From IMG/VR virus record IMGVR_UViG_3300045988_142367: DNA of 43,711 nucleotides, one strand, 5' to 3'. Below, one piece after another: positions 35,748-43,711 of the stretch (the first letter of the stretch is position 1; every line of letters starts with the position of its first letter). Position numbers and translations under genes: made by a program. The stretch comes from a virus. Below the pieces are notes generated by a model that ran no database searches, was not told the DNA's origin, and saw only the letters and a list, made by a program, of their open reading frames with translations.

Positions 35748-36071
35748 TTACTTTTTCTTTTTTCCGAAAACGGCCTCGACCTCCTCGTCGGTGTCCGGAT
35801 CGCGTCTGATCCGGCGGTAGTCGGGACTGAAAGTGATACTGACAAGGCGTTCCTGATGACAGACGCAGATCAGGCCGATGACAGCCTCGTAGTCACGTGG
35901 GGAGACCTGAACGAGATAATCCACCCATTCCAGAAGAGGGAGGCTCCGCAGCCACTTCACATACGCCCGCCGCCTGGCCGCAATCACATTGGCGTACCTG
36001 TTCCGGAACGCCTCCTCCTGCTTCCTTGAATACAGAACATATCTCCTCAGGTCCTCCATCACTCCTCCCAA
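35748..36071 (-). CDS. Hypothetical protein downstream of the primase
   Basis: 107 aa, overlaps the end of the primase gene. Confidence 0.5.
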   Translation of the reverse strand: MGGVMEDLRRYVLYSRKQEEAFRNRYANVIAARRRAYVKWLRSLPLLEWVDYLVQVSPRDYEAVIGLICVCHQERLVSITFSPDYRRIRRDPDTDEEVEAVFGKKKK

Positions 36072-39000
36072 AGTTCGGCATCAACCGCTTCGGCTGGCTC
36101 GGTGACCGGTGGGGGAGTGCTGGCCGCCGCGCGGTTGTCCCCGATCTCCAACGTGTCGGTGGAGATGTCAAGGTCAATGCCGTAGTTGACCTTGAGCGCG
36201 TCATAGTCAAAGACCATCGCCGTGGTGACGCGGCTCTTGCCGGTCTCCGGATTGCTCGACACGTAGGTCTTGTTCTCCAGCAGCTTGAACCGCATCGACT
36301 TGGCCGTACCTATGAACTCCGGTGAATGCTCAAGATAGTACTTCAGCGAATCCCTCGGGATCACCTTGCCGTTCACGTCCTTGCCCTCCTTCATATAGAG
36401 AGCCGAAAGCCGCTGGAAAGCCAGATAGATGTACCGCACTCCGTGCTTCGGCTCGAACGGAACATCCGACTCCTTGATGGCGAACGGACGGTCCCCGGCG
36501 CAAAGCTTATAGTCGATGTTGATGTACGCCTGTCCGGATGCCACCAGATTCTCCACAATCTCCCAGAAGCCTGAAAGCTCGTTGTTCTGCTTAGTCTTCT
36601 GGTTCTGATCCACACAACCCTTGCAGCAAAGCCTGAATATCTCCTCGCTGTCAAACGGCACATCGATGTCCGTCCTCAAAGCCCGGTAGGCCGCCAGCAG
36701 GATAGCCCAGTTCCTCAGTGTCCTGTCCTCGACATTGTACGAACGCACCCTGTCATTCATGTCCGACAAAGTCTCATCCCAAACCCTTCTGAAATCCGTC
36801 TGGAACTTGGAGCGCAACTGCAACAACTGGTTCGTCAGATGCGTAAGCCCTCGCTTCTCGATAAGCTTCAGATTCTCGTAGTTCCTCTTCTCCTGGTCGC
36901 TGAACGTTGTCTTGCTGAATGTCAGGAACACAAGCCGGTTGAACAGAGCGATGTCGGCGGTCGGCATCTCCTGACCGCTCATCACAACCCCGCAGTCCAC
37001 AGCCGTGGTCTCGCGCCTCTTGTCGTTGTCCATATTCATCCTCGAACGCCCCGCGCCGTCCCATATTCCTTTAAGGAACTCCCGCTTCTCCAGATCAAGG
37101 TTGTTCTTATATTCATCGAGATGCACCACCGCGTTGCTCACCTCCGCCACCGCCTCGGCAAGAGCCGCCTTGGTCGTGTTGTTGATGTTCGGCGCGATGT
37201 TGCCCGTCACGAAGAAGGAAGTCAGCGAATGACCCAGCTCCGACTTTCCCGTGCCCTTCGGGCCGAACAGATCCAGAATGGGGAACGATGTTGTCACCGA
37301 TGTCACAACGTCCTTGAACAACGACGCGAACAGGAAGCAAAGCGCCACCTTGGCGTTGTCCCCGAACACGGTGATGAGTTTCTCTGAATATTCCCGCAGC
37401 GTGATGGTGTTAGCCTCCGTATAGACAAATTTCCTTGCCAGCTGGTAGCCTTGGGTGTTGTCCCTTGTGTCCAGCGCGCAACCAGGAAGATAGAACTTCT
37501 GACCCTTGATGTCGATGATTCCGTACTTGTCCACCGGCTTGAACGTGCCGTTGTCAAGGCCGCCGTTGCCCCAGGCATAGAAGCCCCACTTCTTCTGCCA
37601 ACCCAGCTGCTTGATCTCATCAGCCGAAGGCGTGCCGTCATAGAGGAACTTCTTCAGTGAGGTAAGCTCGTTGGCCGTTGCCTCCCAGACATAGTTCCCG
37701 GCCGTCTCGACCCTCGTTTTGAAATCCGTGAACGACACGAGCTCGCTCTGGTTCAGCTTCACCACCGCCTCCTGCATCTTGACGTTCCGCAGCGTGAAGA
37801 TTCTCCTTGCGTTCTTCTCGTCCCGGATGTGCAGGATCGGAGTCATCGTGAAGTTGCTCCACCTCACATCGTTCCCGGATCTTGAAGCCCCATAGTAGCA
37901 GTTGTTCTTGACGTAGAAGCCATAGTTCTGGAGCATCTCCTTGGTTCCGTCCTCTTTCGCCTCCGCCCGCTCCTGATCATTCTTGGCCTTGAAATATTCC
38001 TGGTTCCAGATCTTGCCGAACTTGTAGGTCTTCGTGAAGGTCTCCCTGTACATATCCGCCGAACTCTGGTCCGGCACCTTGGCCAGCAGCTTGCAGACCT
38101 CGGTGATCACGGCGGCCTTCTCCGTCTGCGAAGCGGCTGCTTCCATCCATCTCTTGCAGATCCAAGGAATATAATCGTTCGTCCTCTGGAGGTTGCATTC
38201 GTCAAATTCGTGCTGATGTGTCCGGAAGAACTCATCAGCATCCTTGCCAAGCTCCGGCGGCAACTCCATCACACTGACCGAAAGCCCCGCCTCCGTCATC
38301 AGCTTGGCGTTCTTCTGGACCGCCTCGATACCGGCCTCGTCTGTGTCCCCGATGATCGTGACCCTTTCGGCCCTGGATTTCAGCAGGTCGATCTGGTCCT
38401 GAGTCAAAGCCGTTCCGCACGGAGCCACGGCATTCTTCACCCCGATTTCGTGCAACCGGCATACGTCCAGATTGCCCTCGACAAGGTAAGCCTGCTTCGT
38501 GGCGTAGATCTGCATATTCGCCTGGAGCCACCCGAAAAGGATTCCCTTCTTCTTGTACAGTTCAGTCTCCCCGGTGTTCAGGTACTTGGGAACGCCCGGC
38601 TTGTCACCGATGTACCGTCCGGAAAAACCCGCTATGTAGCCGCTTGTCCAGAACACCGGAAACATTATCCTGTGCCTGAACGAGTCATAGACCTGCCCGG
38701 TGTTCTCGTTCCTCTTGACCAGTCCTGCCGCAAGCAGCACGTCCTCCTTCCATCCAAGTCCCGTCAGGTACTGTTTCAGGCCTCCTTTCTCTGGAGCGTA
38801 GCCGATGCAGAACAGCTCGGCGGTCTCGGCTTTGATCCCGCGCTTCTTCAGGACATATTCCTTGGCTCCAGGTGATTCCTTATACCGTTGGATGAACCAC
38901 TCGGAGGCCAGCTTGTTCACCGTCATCAGTTGCGACCGTCGGAACTCCGCCGCCTTCTCCTCCGGTGTAGGCTCCTTCTTCTCGTAGTCGATTCCCAACC

Positions 39001-39265
39001 GTCCGGCAAGATGCTCCACCGCCTCGTAGAACGTCATCCCGCGCCTCTCCATTACAAAGCTGATGGCGTCGCCGGTACGTCCGCACCCGAAGCAGTGGTA
39101 CATATTCCTCGATGGTGTCACCACGAACGAAGGAGTCTTCTCCCCGTGGAAAGGGCAACAGCATTTGTAGTGGCTGCCTTCTCGCTTGAGCTCCACGCCC
39201 TCGTCCTGGATGATCGAGACGATGTCCCGCTCCTTGATCTGGTTTTTTACATAGTCGGGGATCAT
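36059..39265 (-). CDS. DnaG-type primase fused to helicase/ATPase
   Basis: CHC2 zinc finger CCCPFHGEKTPSFVVTPSRNMYHCFGCGRTGDAISFV; TOPRIM-like VTIIGDTDEAG; Walker A LFGPKGTGKS; 1068 aa. Confidence 0.9.
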   Translation of the reverse strand: MIPDYVKNQIKERDIVSIIQDEGVELKREGSHYKCCCPFHGEKTPSFVVTPSRNMYHCFGCGRTGDAISFVMERRGMTFYEAVEHLAGRLGIDYEKKEPTPEEKAAEFRRSQLMTVNKLASEWFIQRYKESPGAKEYVLKKRGIKAETAELFCIGYAPEKGGLKQYLTGLGWKEDVLLAAGLVKRNENTGQVYDSFRHRIMFPVFWTSGYIAGFSGRYIGDKPGVPKYLNTGETELYKKKGILFGWLQANMQIYATKQAYLVEGNLDVCRLHEIGVKNAVAPCGTALTQDQIDLLKSRAERVTIIGDTDEAGIEAVQKNAKLMTEAGLSVSVMELPPELGKDADEFFRTHQHEFDECNLQRTNDYIPWICKRWMEAAASQTEKAAVITEVCKLLAKVPDQSSADMYRETFTKTYKFGKIWNQEYFKAKNDQERAEAKEDGTKEMLQNYGFYVKNNCYYGASRSGNDVRWSNFTMTPILHIRDEKNARRIFTLRNVKMQEAVVKLNQSELVSFTDFKTRVETAGNYVWEATANELTSLKKFLYDGTPSADEIKQLGWQKKWGFYAWGNGGLDNGTFKPVDKYGIIDIKGQKFYLPGCALDTRDNTQGYQLARKFVYTEANTITLREYSEKLITVFGDNAKVALCFLFASLFKDVVTSVTTSFPILDLFGPKGTGKSELGHSLTSFFVTGNIAPNINNTTKAALAEAVAEVSNAVVHLDEYKNNLDLEKREFLKGIWDGAGRSRMNMDNDKRRETTAVDCGVVMSGQEMPTADIALFNRLVFLTFSKTTFSDQEKRNYENLKLIEKRGLTHLTNQLLQLRSKFQTDFRRVWDETLSDMNDRVRSYNVEDRTLRNWAILLAAYRALRTDIDVPFDSEEIFRLCCKGCVDQNQKTKQNNELSGFWEIVENLVASGQAYINIDYKLCAGDRPFAIKESDVPFEPKHGVRYIYLAFQRLSALYMKEGKDVNGKVIPRDSLKYYLEHSPEFIGTAKSMRFKLLENKTYVSSNPETGKSRVTTAMVFDYDALKVNYGIDLDISTDTLEIGDNRAAASTPPPVTEPAEAVDAELWEE

Positions 39266-39579
39266 AAGTCAAATAAATCTATGGCCTGGCCATTGTCCGC
39301 ACTCTCGAATATCCTTTTGCAGGAATCATCGTTCACTCTCTCGTTAGCCTGGTCTATCTCGAAAATCAGCTTCCTTGCGATGCCGATGTTCTGCTCAAGA
39401 TGGCATTTGCGCTGGATCTCCCAAGTCTGCATCCGTGCCGGTTCAAGCCCTGCGAACTCCATCAACTGGACTTCCCAAAGCTGCACGGCCATCTGGCACG
39501 CCCCGCGCAGTGCCGACCATTCCGGCCTGTCCATCTCGAACACCGAGATCAGGCCTCTTGAATCCTTGTCGGCGTACAT
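39262..39579 (-). CDS. Hypothetical protein
   Basis: 105 aa, 4-bp overlap with the primase gene. Confidence 0.55.
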   Translation of the reverse strand: MYADKDSRGLISVFEMDRPEWSALRGACQMAVQLWEVQLMEFAGLEPARMQTWEIQRKCHLEQNIGIARKLIFEIDQANERVNDDSCKRIFESADNGQAIDLFDL

Positions 39580-39582
39580 AGC

Positions 39583-39801
39583 CTACCGCTTTTCAGGAAA
39601 CAACTCCTCCACGGACTCCTCGACCCCGAAGACATCCTTGACGTACTTCCTGATGTTCTCCTGATAGAGCGGCTTAGGCCGCCTCGTCCCGTTGCACCAG
39701 GAATATGCCGTTGGGTACGACACCCCGTCCATCACGATCAACGTCAATAAATCATTCCGCTGTTTAAGGCCCGCGGTCTCCCAAATCTTTTTGATTGCCA
39801 T
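39583..39801 (-). CDS. Small putative DNA-binding protein
   Basis: 72 aa, DGVSYPTAYSWCNGTRRPKPLYQENIRKYV resembles an HTH regulator. Confidence 0.5.
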   Translation of the reverse strand: MAIKKIWETAGLKQRNDLLTLIVMDGVSYPTAYSWCNGTRRPKPLYQENIRKYVKDVFGVEESVEELFPEKR

Positions 39802-39822
39802 ATTTAATGAATATTATTGATT

Positions 39823-40773
39823 TCAGTCTAATAGTTTCAGCCCTTTGCTTATGATTTTTATTGCCTCCCTCTTAGAGTCCATACTGGCGTGGGTATAGAT
39901 ATCCAGAGTTGTGGATATATCCGAGTGCCCCAATATTCTCGACACGCTGGCGATGTCCGCTCCACCTCGGATCATATTTGTCGCGAACGAGTGTCTTAGG
40001 CCGTGGAATTTGATTATTCTTACCCCAGCTTTTTTGCAAAGGTTATTAAAGTGATGCCGAAAGGTTCTTGGCTCTGTGCACTTTTCTGTTCCGCTTGCGA
40101 TGTAAAAATTGTCAGGCATTATTCCCCTTACTTTCGCGAGACACTTTGCGAGCTGTGCCGTAATGGGGATGCATCGGTTGCTGGATCTGGTCTTTGGTAT
40201 CCCTTCCCGAACGTATGACTTTTTTTCGCCCGTGCTGCCGAATGTCTTTGGAATATACACTCTTGCAATTGTGCAATCTACAGTGATCGTTTTTTCTTTA
40301 GGGTCAACGTTCCTCCATTTCAGCCCGCAGACCTCCCCGATCCGTAGTCCGGTCATCATTGTGATCAGGATGGCGATTCCCTCGTAGGACGGATGCTCCA
40401 TGATGTATCCAGCAAGGCGTCTCAATTCTTCCGGAGAGTATGTCTCTAGTTCTTTCATTGCGCCTTCTTCGCGAGGATATTGTAAATTGAATTTTGGCAG
40501 GTAGAGATCTAAGCCGTCCAAAAACCATCCCATTATCATTTTGACAAGGACTATAATGTCCTTTATGGATTTTGTGCTAAGTCCGGTTTGATGGAGCCGA
40601 CCTATCATATCCTGAAGATGTCTGGAGCGTATGTTTTTGATTTCCATATTCGCAATCTCATCATTTTTGATATGATTCCTGTACATCAAGTCATACGCTG
40701 CCAGCGTCGAGTCTCTGACCATATACTCCTTGTTTTTGAACCAATGCTCGTATTCTTCGTTAATTGTGCTCAT
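39823..40773 (-). CDS. Second tyrosine recombinase (XerC/D-like)
   Basis: TGLRIGEVCGLKW, HGLRHSFATNMIRGGADIASVSRILGHSDISTTLDIYTH: full R..H-x-x-R..H..Y catalytic set. Confidence 0.95.
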   Translation of the reverse strand: MSTINEEYEHWFKNKEYMVRDSTLAAYDLMYRNHIKNDEIANMEIKNIRSRHLQDMIGRLHQTGLSTKSIKDIIVLVKMIMGWFLDGLDLYLPKFNLQYPREEGAMKELETYSPEELRRLAGYIMEHPSYEGIAILITMMTGLRIGEVCGLKWRNVDPKEKTITVDCTIARVYIPKTFGSTGEKKSYVREGIPKTRSSNRCIPITAQLAKCLAKVRGIMPDNFYIASGTEKCTEPRTFRHHFNNLCKKAGVRIIKFHGLRHSFATNMIRGGADIASVSRILGHSDISTTLDIYTHASMDSKREAIKIISKGLKLLD

Positions 40774-40775
40774 AA

Positions 40776-41336
40776 CTATGATAATTTGAATATTTCCGAA
40801 AATCCAAGCGCGTCATTCCGCTTGTTGATCAGCCGGTAATGCGCTATAACCCGCTGCTCCAGAACATCCCCGTGATAGACATCCCCAACCATTCCCCTGA
40901 CCGACAAGTTGAAAAGGAGTATCGGTATCGATCTGTCCGAAAGTTCCCAACACTCGACCGGATTGTCGTTCGGGTAATAGTCGAACGGAATCCGCTTTCG
41001 GCATAGTTCCCACCATTTGGCTATGATCATCGAGCCGTTTCCGGCGGTCGGCTCCAGAATCCCTTGTCTGCGTGCACCGTTGTCGGTGATCATCGCAGCC
41101 AGCTGCGAAGCGGCCGCCGGAGTAAAGTCCTGCTTTTTCTGACCGCGCTCGCTTAGCTCCGCTTCGTAGATGGGTTGGAACCATTCCCTGTCCATCGCGA
41201 AGTCATTCGCCTCAAGCATTGCCCTGTAGAACTTCTGTCTGTTGACTGGATCCCCGAACAGAACCGTCATCAAAGCCTCCGGAATCAGCCTCGTGTCATT
41301 TATTCCAAGTGTTGTCAAAAGAAACTCTTTAGTCAT
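40776..41336 (-). CDS. N6-methyltransferase-like fold, possibly lacking the NPPY catalytic motif
   Basis: FTPAAASQLAAMI...ILEPTAGNGSMI (motif I) ...ECWELSDRSIPILLFNLSVRGM; no NPPY/DPPY seen. Confidence 0.65.
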   Translation of the reverse strand: MTKEFLLTTLGINDTRLIPEALMTVLFGDPVNRQKFYRAMLEANDFAMDREWFQPIYEAELSERGQKKQDFTPAAASQLAAMITDNGARRQGILEPTAGNGSMIIAKWWELCRKRIPFDYYPNDNPVECWELSDRSIPILLFNLSVRGMVGDVYHGDVLEQRVIAHYRLINKRNDALGFSEIFKLS

Positions 41337-41377
41337 TGAAAATCAACAAAATAAATTGAAAATATCTTGAAAAATAA

Positions 41378-41408
41378 TTGTGTAATTCAAAATAAATGCG
41401 TACCTTTG
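41378..41408 (+). promoter_or_regulatory. Bacteroidota-type promoter driving the plus-strand small-gene transcript
   Basis: TTG (41378..41380) - 20 nt - TACCTTTG (41401..41408). Confidence 0.75.
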
Positions 41409-41412
41409 TATT

Positions 41413-41431
41413 GCGGTTCAGGGAGAACCGC
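41413..41431 (+). promoter_or_regulatory. 5' leader hairpin GCGGTTC-aggga-GAACCGC
   Basis: Perfect 7-bp stem immediately downstream of the -7 box. Confidence 0.6.
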
Positions 41432-41490
41432 GAAAGAGGAATCTGAAACGCTTGAAAGGGAGTAAGAAAAACAGCCAAACTTCTGAAAAT

Positions 41491-41559
41491 ATGAGAGTCG
41501 AAGTTCTTAAAATCAGAATTTGGAAAATAGTGATAACACTTGTAGAGGTTACACTTTAG
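41491..41559 (+). CDS. 22-aa small peptide ORF
   Basis: MRVEVLKIRIWKIVITLVEVTL*, in the leader between promoter and the RHH-like gene. Confidence 0.3.
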   Translation: MRVEVLKIRIWKIVITLVEVTL

Positions 41560-41569
41560 TTTTCCGAGG

Positions 41570-41592
41570 GAGGGGATCCGAAACATCCCCTC
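41570..41592 (+). promoter_or_regulatory. Hairpin GAGGGGAT-ccgaaac-ATCCCCTC
   Basis: Perfect 8-bp stem between the small peptide and the downstream gene. Confidence 0.55.
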
Positions 41593-41629
41593 TCGTTTGG
41601 CTGTCTTCCGCAAATTTAACACATTTTGT

Positions 41630-41848
41630 ATGCAAAACAAAAATCTGTCATCTTCACAAACTCCTTCCGAGTCCGCGTCCTGGGGCGGTGCCCGTTCCGG
41701 TGCCGGCCGCAAGTCCAAGCCCCACGGAAAGTCCTACACCTTCCAGTCCACCCCCGAGGTTGACGCGTTCCTCTCTTCCTATCAGGGCAACAAGACTGAG
41801 TTCATCAACCGAGCTATCCTGACCCTTGCGGGCAAATCCTCCGACTGA
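41630..41848 (+). CDS. Small ribbon-helix-helix-like DNA-binding protein
   Basis: MQNKNLSSSQTPSESASWGGARSGAGRKSKPHGKSYTFQSTPEVDAFLSSYQGNKTEFINRAILTLAGKSSD. Confidence 0.65.
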   Translation: MQNKNLSSSQTPSESASWGGARSGAGRKSKPHGKSYTFQSTPEVDAFLSSYQGNKTEFINRAILTLAGKSSD

Positions 41849-41888
41849 TCATCAGTTCCAGTTGTGTGTCTTATCTGCTTTTCAAGCA

Positions 41889-41921
41889 ATTCACCGCAGT
41901 GTCTGGCCGCGGTGAATTTTT
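41889..41921 (+). terminator. Rho-independent terminator
   Basis: ATTCACCGC...GCGGTGAAT (41889..41897 / 41909..41917) followed by a T run, just after the RHH-like gene. Confidence 0.75.
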
Positions 41922-42067
41922 GTATCCGCTGCACTCTGTACCTCTTGCCTTCTCCTGTCTTCGTCACCGCTGGTGATTTGATTATCCGGTTGACCGTCTT
42001 CCGCGCCAACCTGTTCTGAATCTTTCGTGCTATTGAACTCATAATATTACTGATTAACCAATTTCGC

Positions 42068-42196
42068 CCCCGGGAACGGAATCGAACCGCTCACATCGCG
42101 CGACGCTTTCGGAGCAGACCCCGCCCTCCTGGGCTTTACATCCTACGCAAGTCTGCCTACGTGCCGGCAGGGACCCATATCCTGCCCTTTCCGGGG
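42068..42196 (-). ncRNA. Oversized tRNA-like structured RNA (about 129 nt)
   Basis: Minus strand: 5' CCCCGGA / 3' CCCGGGG acceptor-like pairing, T-arm AGCGG-TTCGATT-CCGTT, GCAGG..CCTGC D-arm-like hairpin, GCAGAC..GTCTGC anticodon-arm-like stem with about 30 nt loop. Confidence 0.45.
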
Positions 42197-42307
42197 AATT
42201 GCCGGTCTTTCCCGGCTGTCAAACTTACTTAACTCAACACTATCTAAACATACGGTCTCTCACCGCCCGACGCTCCTTAACGCCGTAATTGAATTGATAA
42301 AACTGAG

Positions 42308-42416
42308 ATCCCGCGCCGGACTCGAACCGGTAATGACTAAAACTTATGATTTTCGACAAAAAAGGTTATTTGTGCCTACTCGCTTTTAAGTCGCTCCCCA
42401 CGGAGCATCGCGGAAT
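42308..42416 (-). ncRNA. Second oversized tRNA-like structured RNA (about 109 nt)
   Basis: Minus strand: 5' ATTCCGC / 3' GCGGGAT (7 bp, one wobble), T-arm ACCGG-TTCGAGT-CCGGC, GCTC..GAGC D-arm-like hairpin, GAC(T)TAAAA..TTTTAGTC extended stem. Confidence 0.45.
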
Positions 42417-42486
42417 TGTTCACGCCTCACGGCGCTACGTGATGGCGGCTTCCTAGGGCCGTTGAATATAGATTTGCCAAGACCTA

Positions 42487-42576
42487 TTACTTATCGTCAT
42501 CCTCCTTGAACGCCCACCAGTACAGCGCAACCACACCGACCAGCATCACTCCTTCCACTATGTAATGAACCAACAT
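42487..42576 (-). CDS. 29-aa single-TM peptide
   Basis: MLVHYIVEGVMLVGVVALYWWAFKEDDDK*; below the ORF-track cutoff; tight spacing with the next gene. Confidence 0.5.
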   Translation of the reverse strand: MLVHYIVEGVMLVGVVALYWWAFKEDDDK

Positions 42577-42577
42577 A

Positions 42578-42892
42578 TCAGACCACGTCCTCCTCAAGCG
42601 TCACCATAATGAATTTCACAAGCTCATCCCAGTTCCACTTCCCGGGATCACGCTCCGGCATCCCGCCCTTGTCAAGTCTCCACACACCGGCGGCGCACTC
42701 CCAAGCCGCAAGGCACTGCCCAAGCCTGTCAGCGATGAACTCCCTCGCAAGCGGTCTGATGTCCTCGCCCTCCTGCGCCTTGTTCCAGAGCCTCACCACG
42801 TTCACCCCAGCATCCAGATGGTGCTTTGCCATCAAATCAAGGAACTTGTCCCTGTTGACATCATATTTTTCCATACCCAATGAATATCTCAA
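42578..42892 (-). CDS. Hypothetical protein
   Basis: 104 aa, early operon. Confidence 0.55.
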   Translation of the reverse strand: MRYSLGMEKYDVNRDKFLDLMAKHHLDAGVNVVRLWNKAQEGEDIRPLAREFIADRLGQCLAAWECAAGVWRLDKGGMPERDPGKWNWDELVKFIMVTLEEDVV

Positions 42893-42932
42893 TTGATACC
42901 ACGCTTTGCGCTATGCGTCACCACCATATCTT

Positions 42933-43202
42933 TCAGCATCCACGCGTCCGGATTGCTTTTCGGACTGAACAGCCACGCCATCGCAGCCTCAAAAGCCTTG
43001 CGCCGGCCGCTAATCTTCGGATCCAATCTCGGCATTCCCCCAAGATGTACGCTATCCCCAGCGTCCCCAGGTGCCACCACGCGAACTCCGCCTTCCCCGC
43101 AACCGCCTGCACAGCGTTCACCATCAACGCCACCGCGACCACCACCGCAAGCACCCTCCAGATGCCCACCGTTGTCCTTTCCATTCGATCTTCTACGCTC
43201 AT
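42933..43202 (-). CDS. Small membrane protein
   Basis: MSVEDRMERTTVGIWRVLAVVVAVALMVNAVQAVAGKAEFAWWHLGTLGIAYILGECRDWI; preferred over the Gly-rich overlapping ORF 42889..43317. Confidence 0.5.
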   Translation of the reverse strand: MSVEDRMERTTVGIWRVLAVVVAVALMVNAVQAVAGKAEFAWWHLGTLGIAYILGECRDWIRRLAAGARLLRLRWRGCSVRKAIRTRGC

Positions 43203-43252
43203 AACTCATTTGTTTTCTGAATATTTTATTGTTATCTTCGCTCATTTGATGC

Positions 43253-43274
43253 TGTATTGCATTTGTATTGCGTT
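43253..43274. repeat. 11-bp direct repeat TGTATTGCATT/TGTATTGCGTT
   Basis: Two adjacent units followed by a partial tgtgtttac. Confidence 0.7.
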
Positions 43275-43287
43275 TGTGTTTACACTG

Positions 43288-43317
43288 CAAAGGTAAGATA
43301 ATTATCTTAATTAACAA
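43288..43317 (-). promoter_or_regulatory. Leftward early promoter
   Basis: Minus strand TTG (43317..43315) - 19 nt - TACCTTTG (43295..43288). Confidence 0.7.
43294..43309. promoter_or_regulatory. Candidate repressor operator, perfect 16-bp palindrome TAAGATAATTATCTTA
   Basis: Palindrome lies between the -33 and -7 boxes of the leftward promoter and 30 bp upstream of the repressor ATG. Confidence 0.7.
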
Positions 43318-43338
43318 GATAAAAATAGAGAAAATTTA

Positions 43339-43711
43339 TGACGGAAAAAGAGAAGATTAAGCAATATCTTGAACGCAAGGGTATTAGCAAAAATAGTTTT
43401 TATCAGAAGACTGGGTTGTCGATGGGGTTTCTTGACAGCGGCAAAAGCTTGGGTGTCGATAAACTCAAGACAATTATCGAGAATTATCCAGATCTTTCCC
43501 TTGATTGGCTAGTCTTCGATAAGGAGAACGTGATGTCGAACAACACGATTAACAATCCTGGTGTCGTGTTGAATGGCCAAAATAATGGTCATATCGACCA
43601 GCGCCAATATTATTCCGACAGCCCCGATGTCCTCAGAGCCCAGATCGAGCTCCTCGACGAACGCATCAAGGAGAAGGACGCCCAGATCAAGGAGAAGGAC
43701 GCCCAGATCAA
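43339..43711 (+). CDS. N-terminal part of phage repressor (XRE/CI-like HTH with C-terminal coiled coil); continues at 1..107 across the junction
   Basis: Translation MTEKEKIKQYLERKGISKNSFYQKTGLSMGFLDSGKSLGVDKLKTIIENYPDLSLDWLVFDKENV... followed by KEKDAQI heptads; divergent to the minus-strand early genes. Confidence 0.85.
43657..43711. repeat. Terminal direct overlap, identical to 1..55
   Basis: Exact 55-bp match read directly. Confidence 0.95.

Noticed and set aside
38888-39664. 258-aa plus-strand ORF
   Set aside because: Antisense to the primase CHC2 region and its upstream gene.
41782-42042. 86-aa basic minus-strand ORF
   Set aside because: Overlaps the RHH-like gene 3' end and the terminator; no domain visible. 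Kept as uncertain and not called.
42889-43317. 142-aa Gly/Arg-rich minus ORF
   Set aside because: Would include the promoter/operator region in its coding sequence; the overlapping 42933..43202 frame has plausible TM segments instead.

Overview
The window looks like an essentially complete genome of a temperate, siphovirus-like phage of a Bacteroidota host. A 55-bp identical overlap joins its two ends (1..55 = 43657..43711), giving a circular unit of about 43.66 kb. The linear cut falls inside a repressor gene that reads through the junction (43339..43711, then 1..107 after removing the overlap). Most genes are on the minus strand. From high to low coordinates they are: early genes (small membrane and hypothetical proteins, two oversized tRNA-like elements, a methyltransferase-like fold, a second tyrosine recombinase, a primase-helicase), a HicB-HTH regulator behind a decayed hicA, a head module in unusual order (S49 protease, major capsid, putative tube, small and large terminase, portal), a tape measure, a Panacea/SocA-domain antitoxin gene with a candidate toxin, baseplate/tail proteins with Ig/BACON-like repeats, and a lysis cassette. 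Plus-strand genes are the repressor, a proline-rich peptide, the main integrase and a small ribbon-helix-helix-like protein. The main leads are: a DUF2829/Tad2-like anti-Thoeris candidate inside the lysis cassette; a Panacea toxin-antitoxin pair inside the tail operon; a hicA remnant inactivated by start loss and a frameshift behind an intact promoter; a membrane-protein/proline-rich-peptide cargo pair next to the repressor; repeat clusters that could be an origin, attP or operators; two long tRNA-like RNAs; and mosaic receptor-binding genes. No reverse transcriptase/DGR or CRISPR array was seen. All family names come from reading motifs in the sequence; no database search was run.
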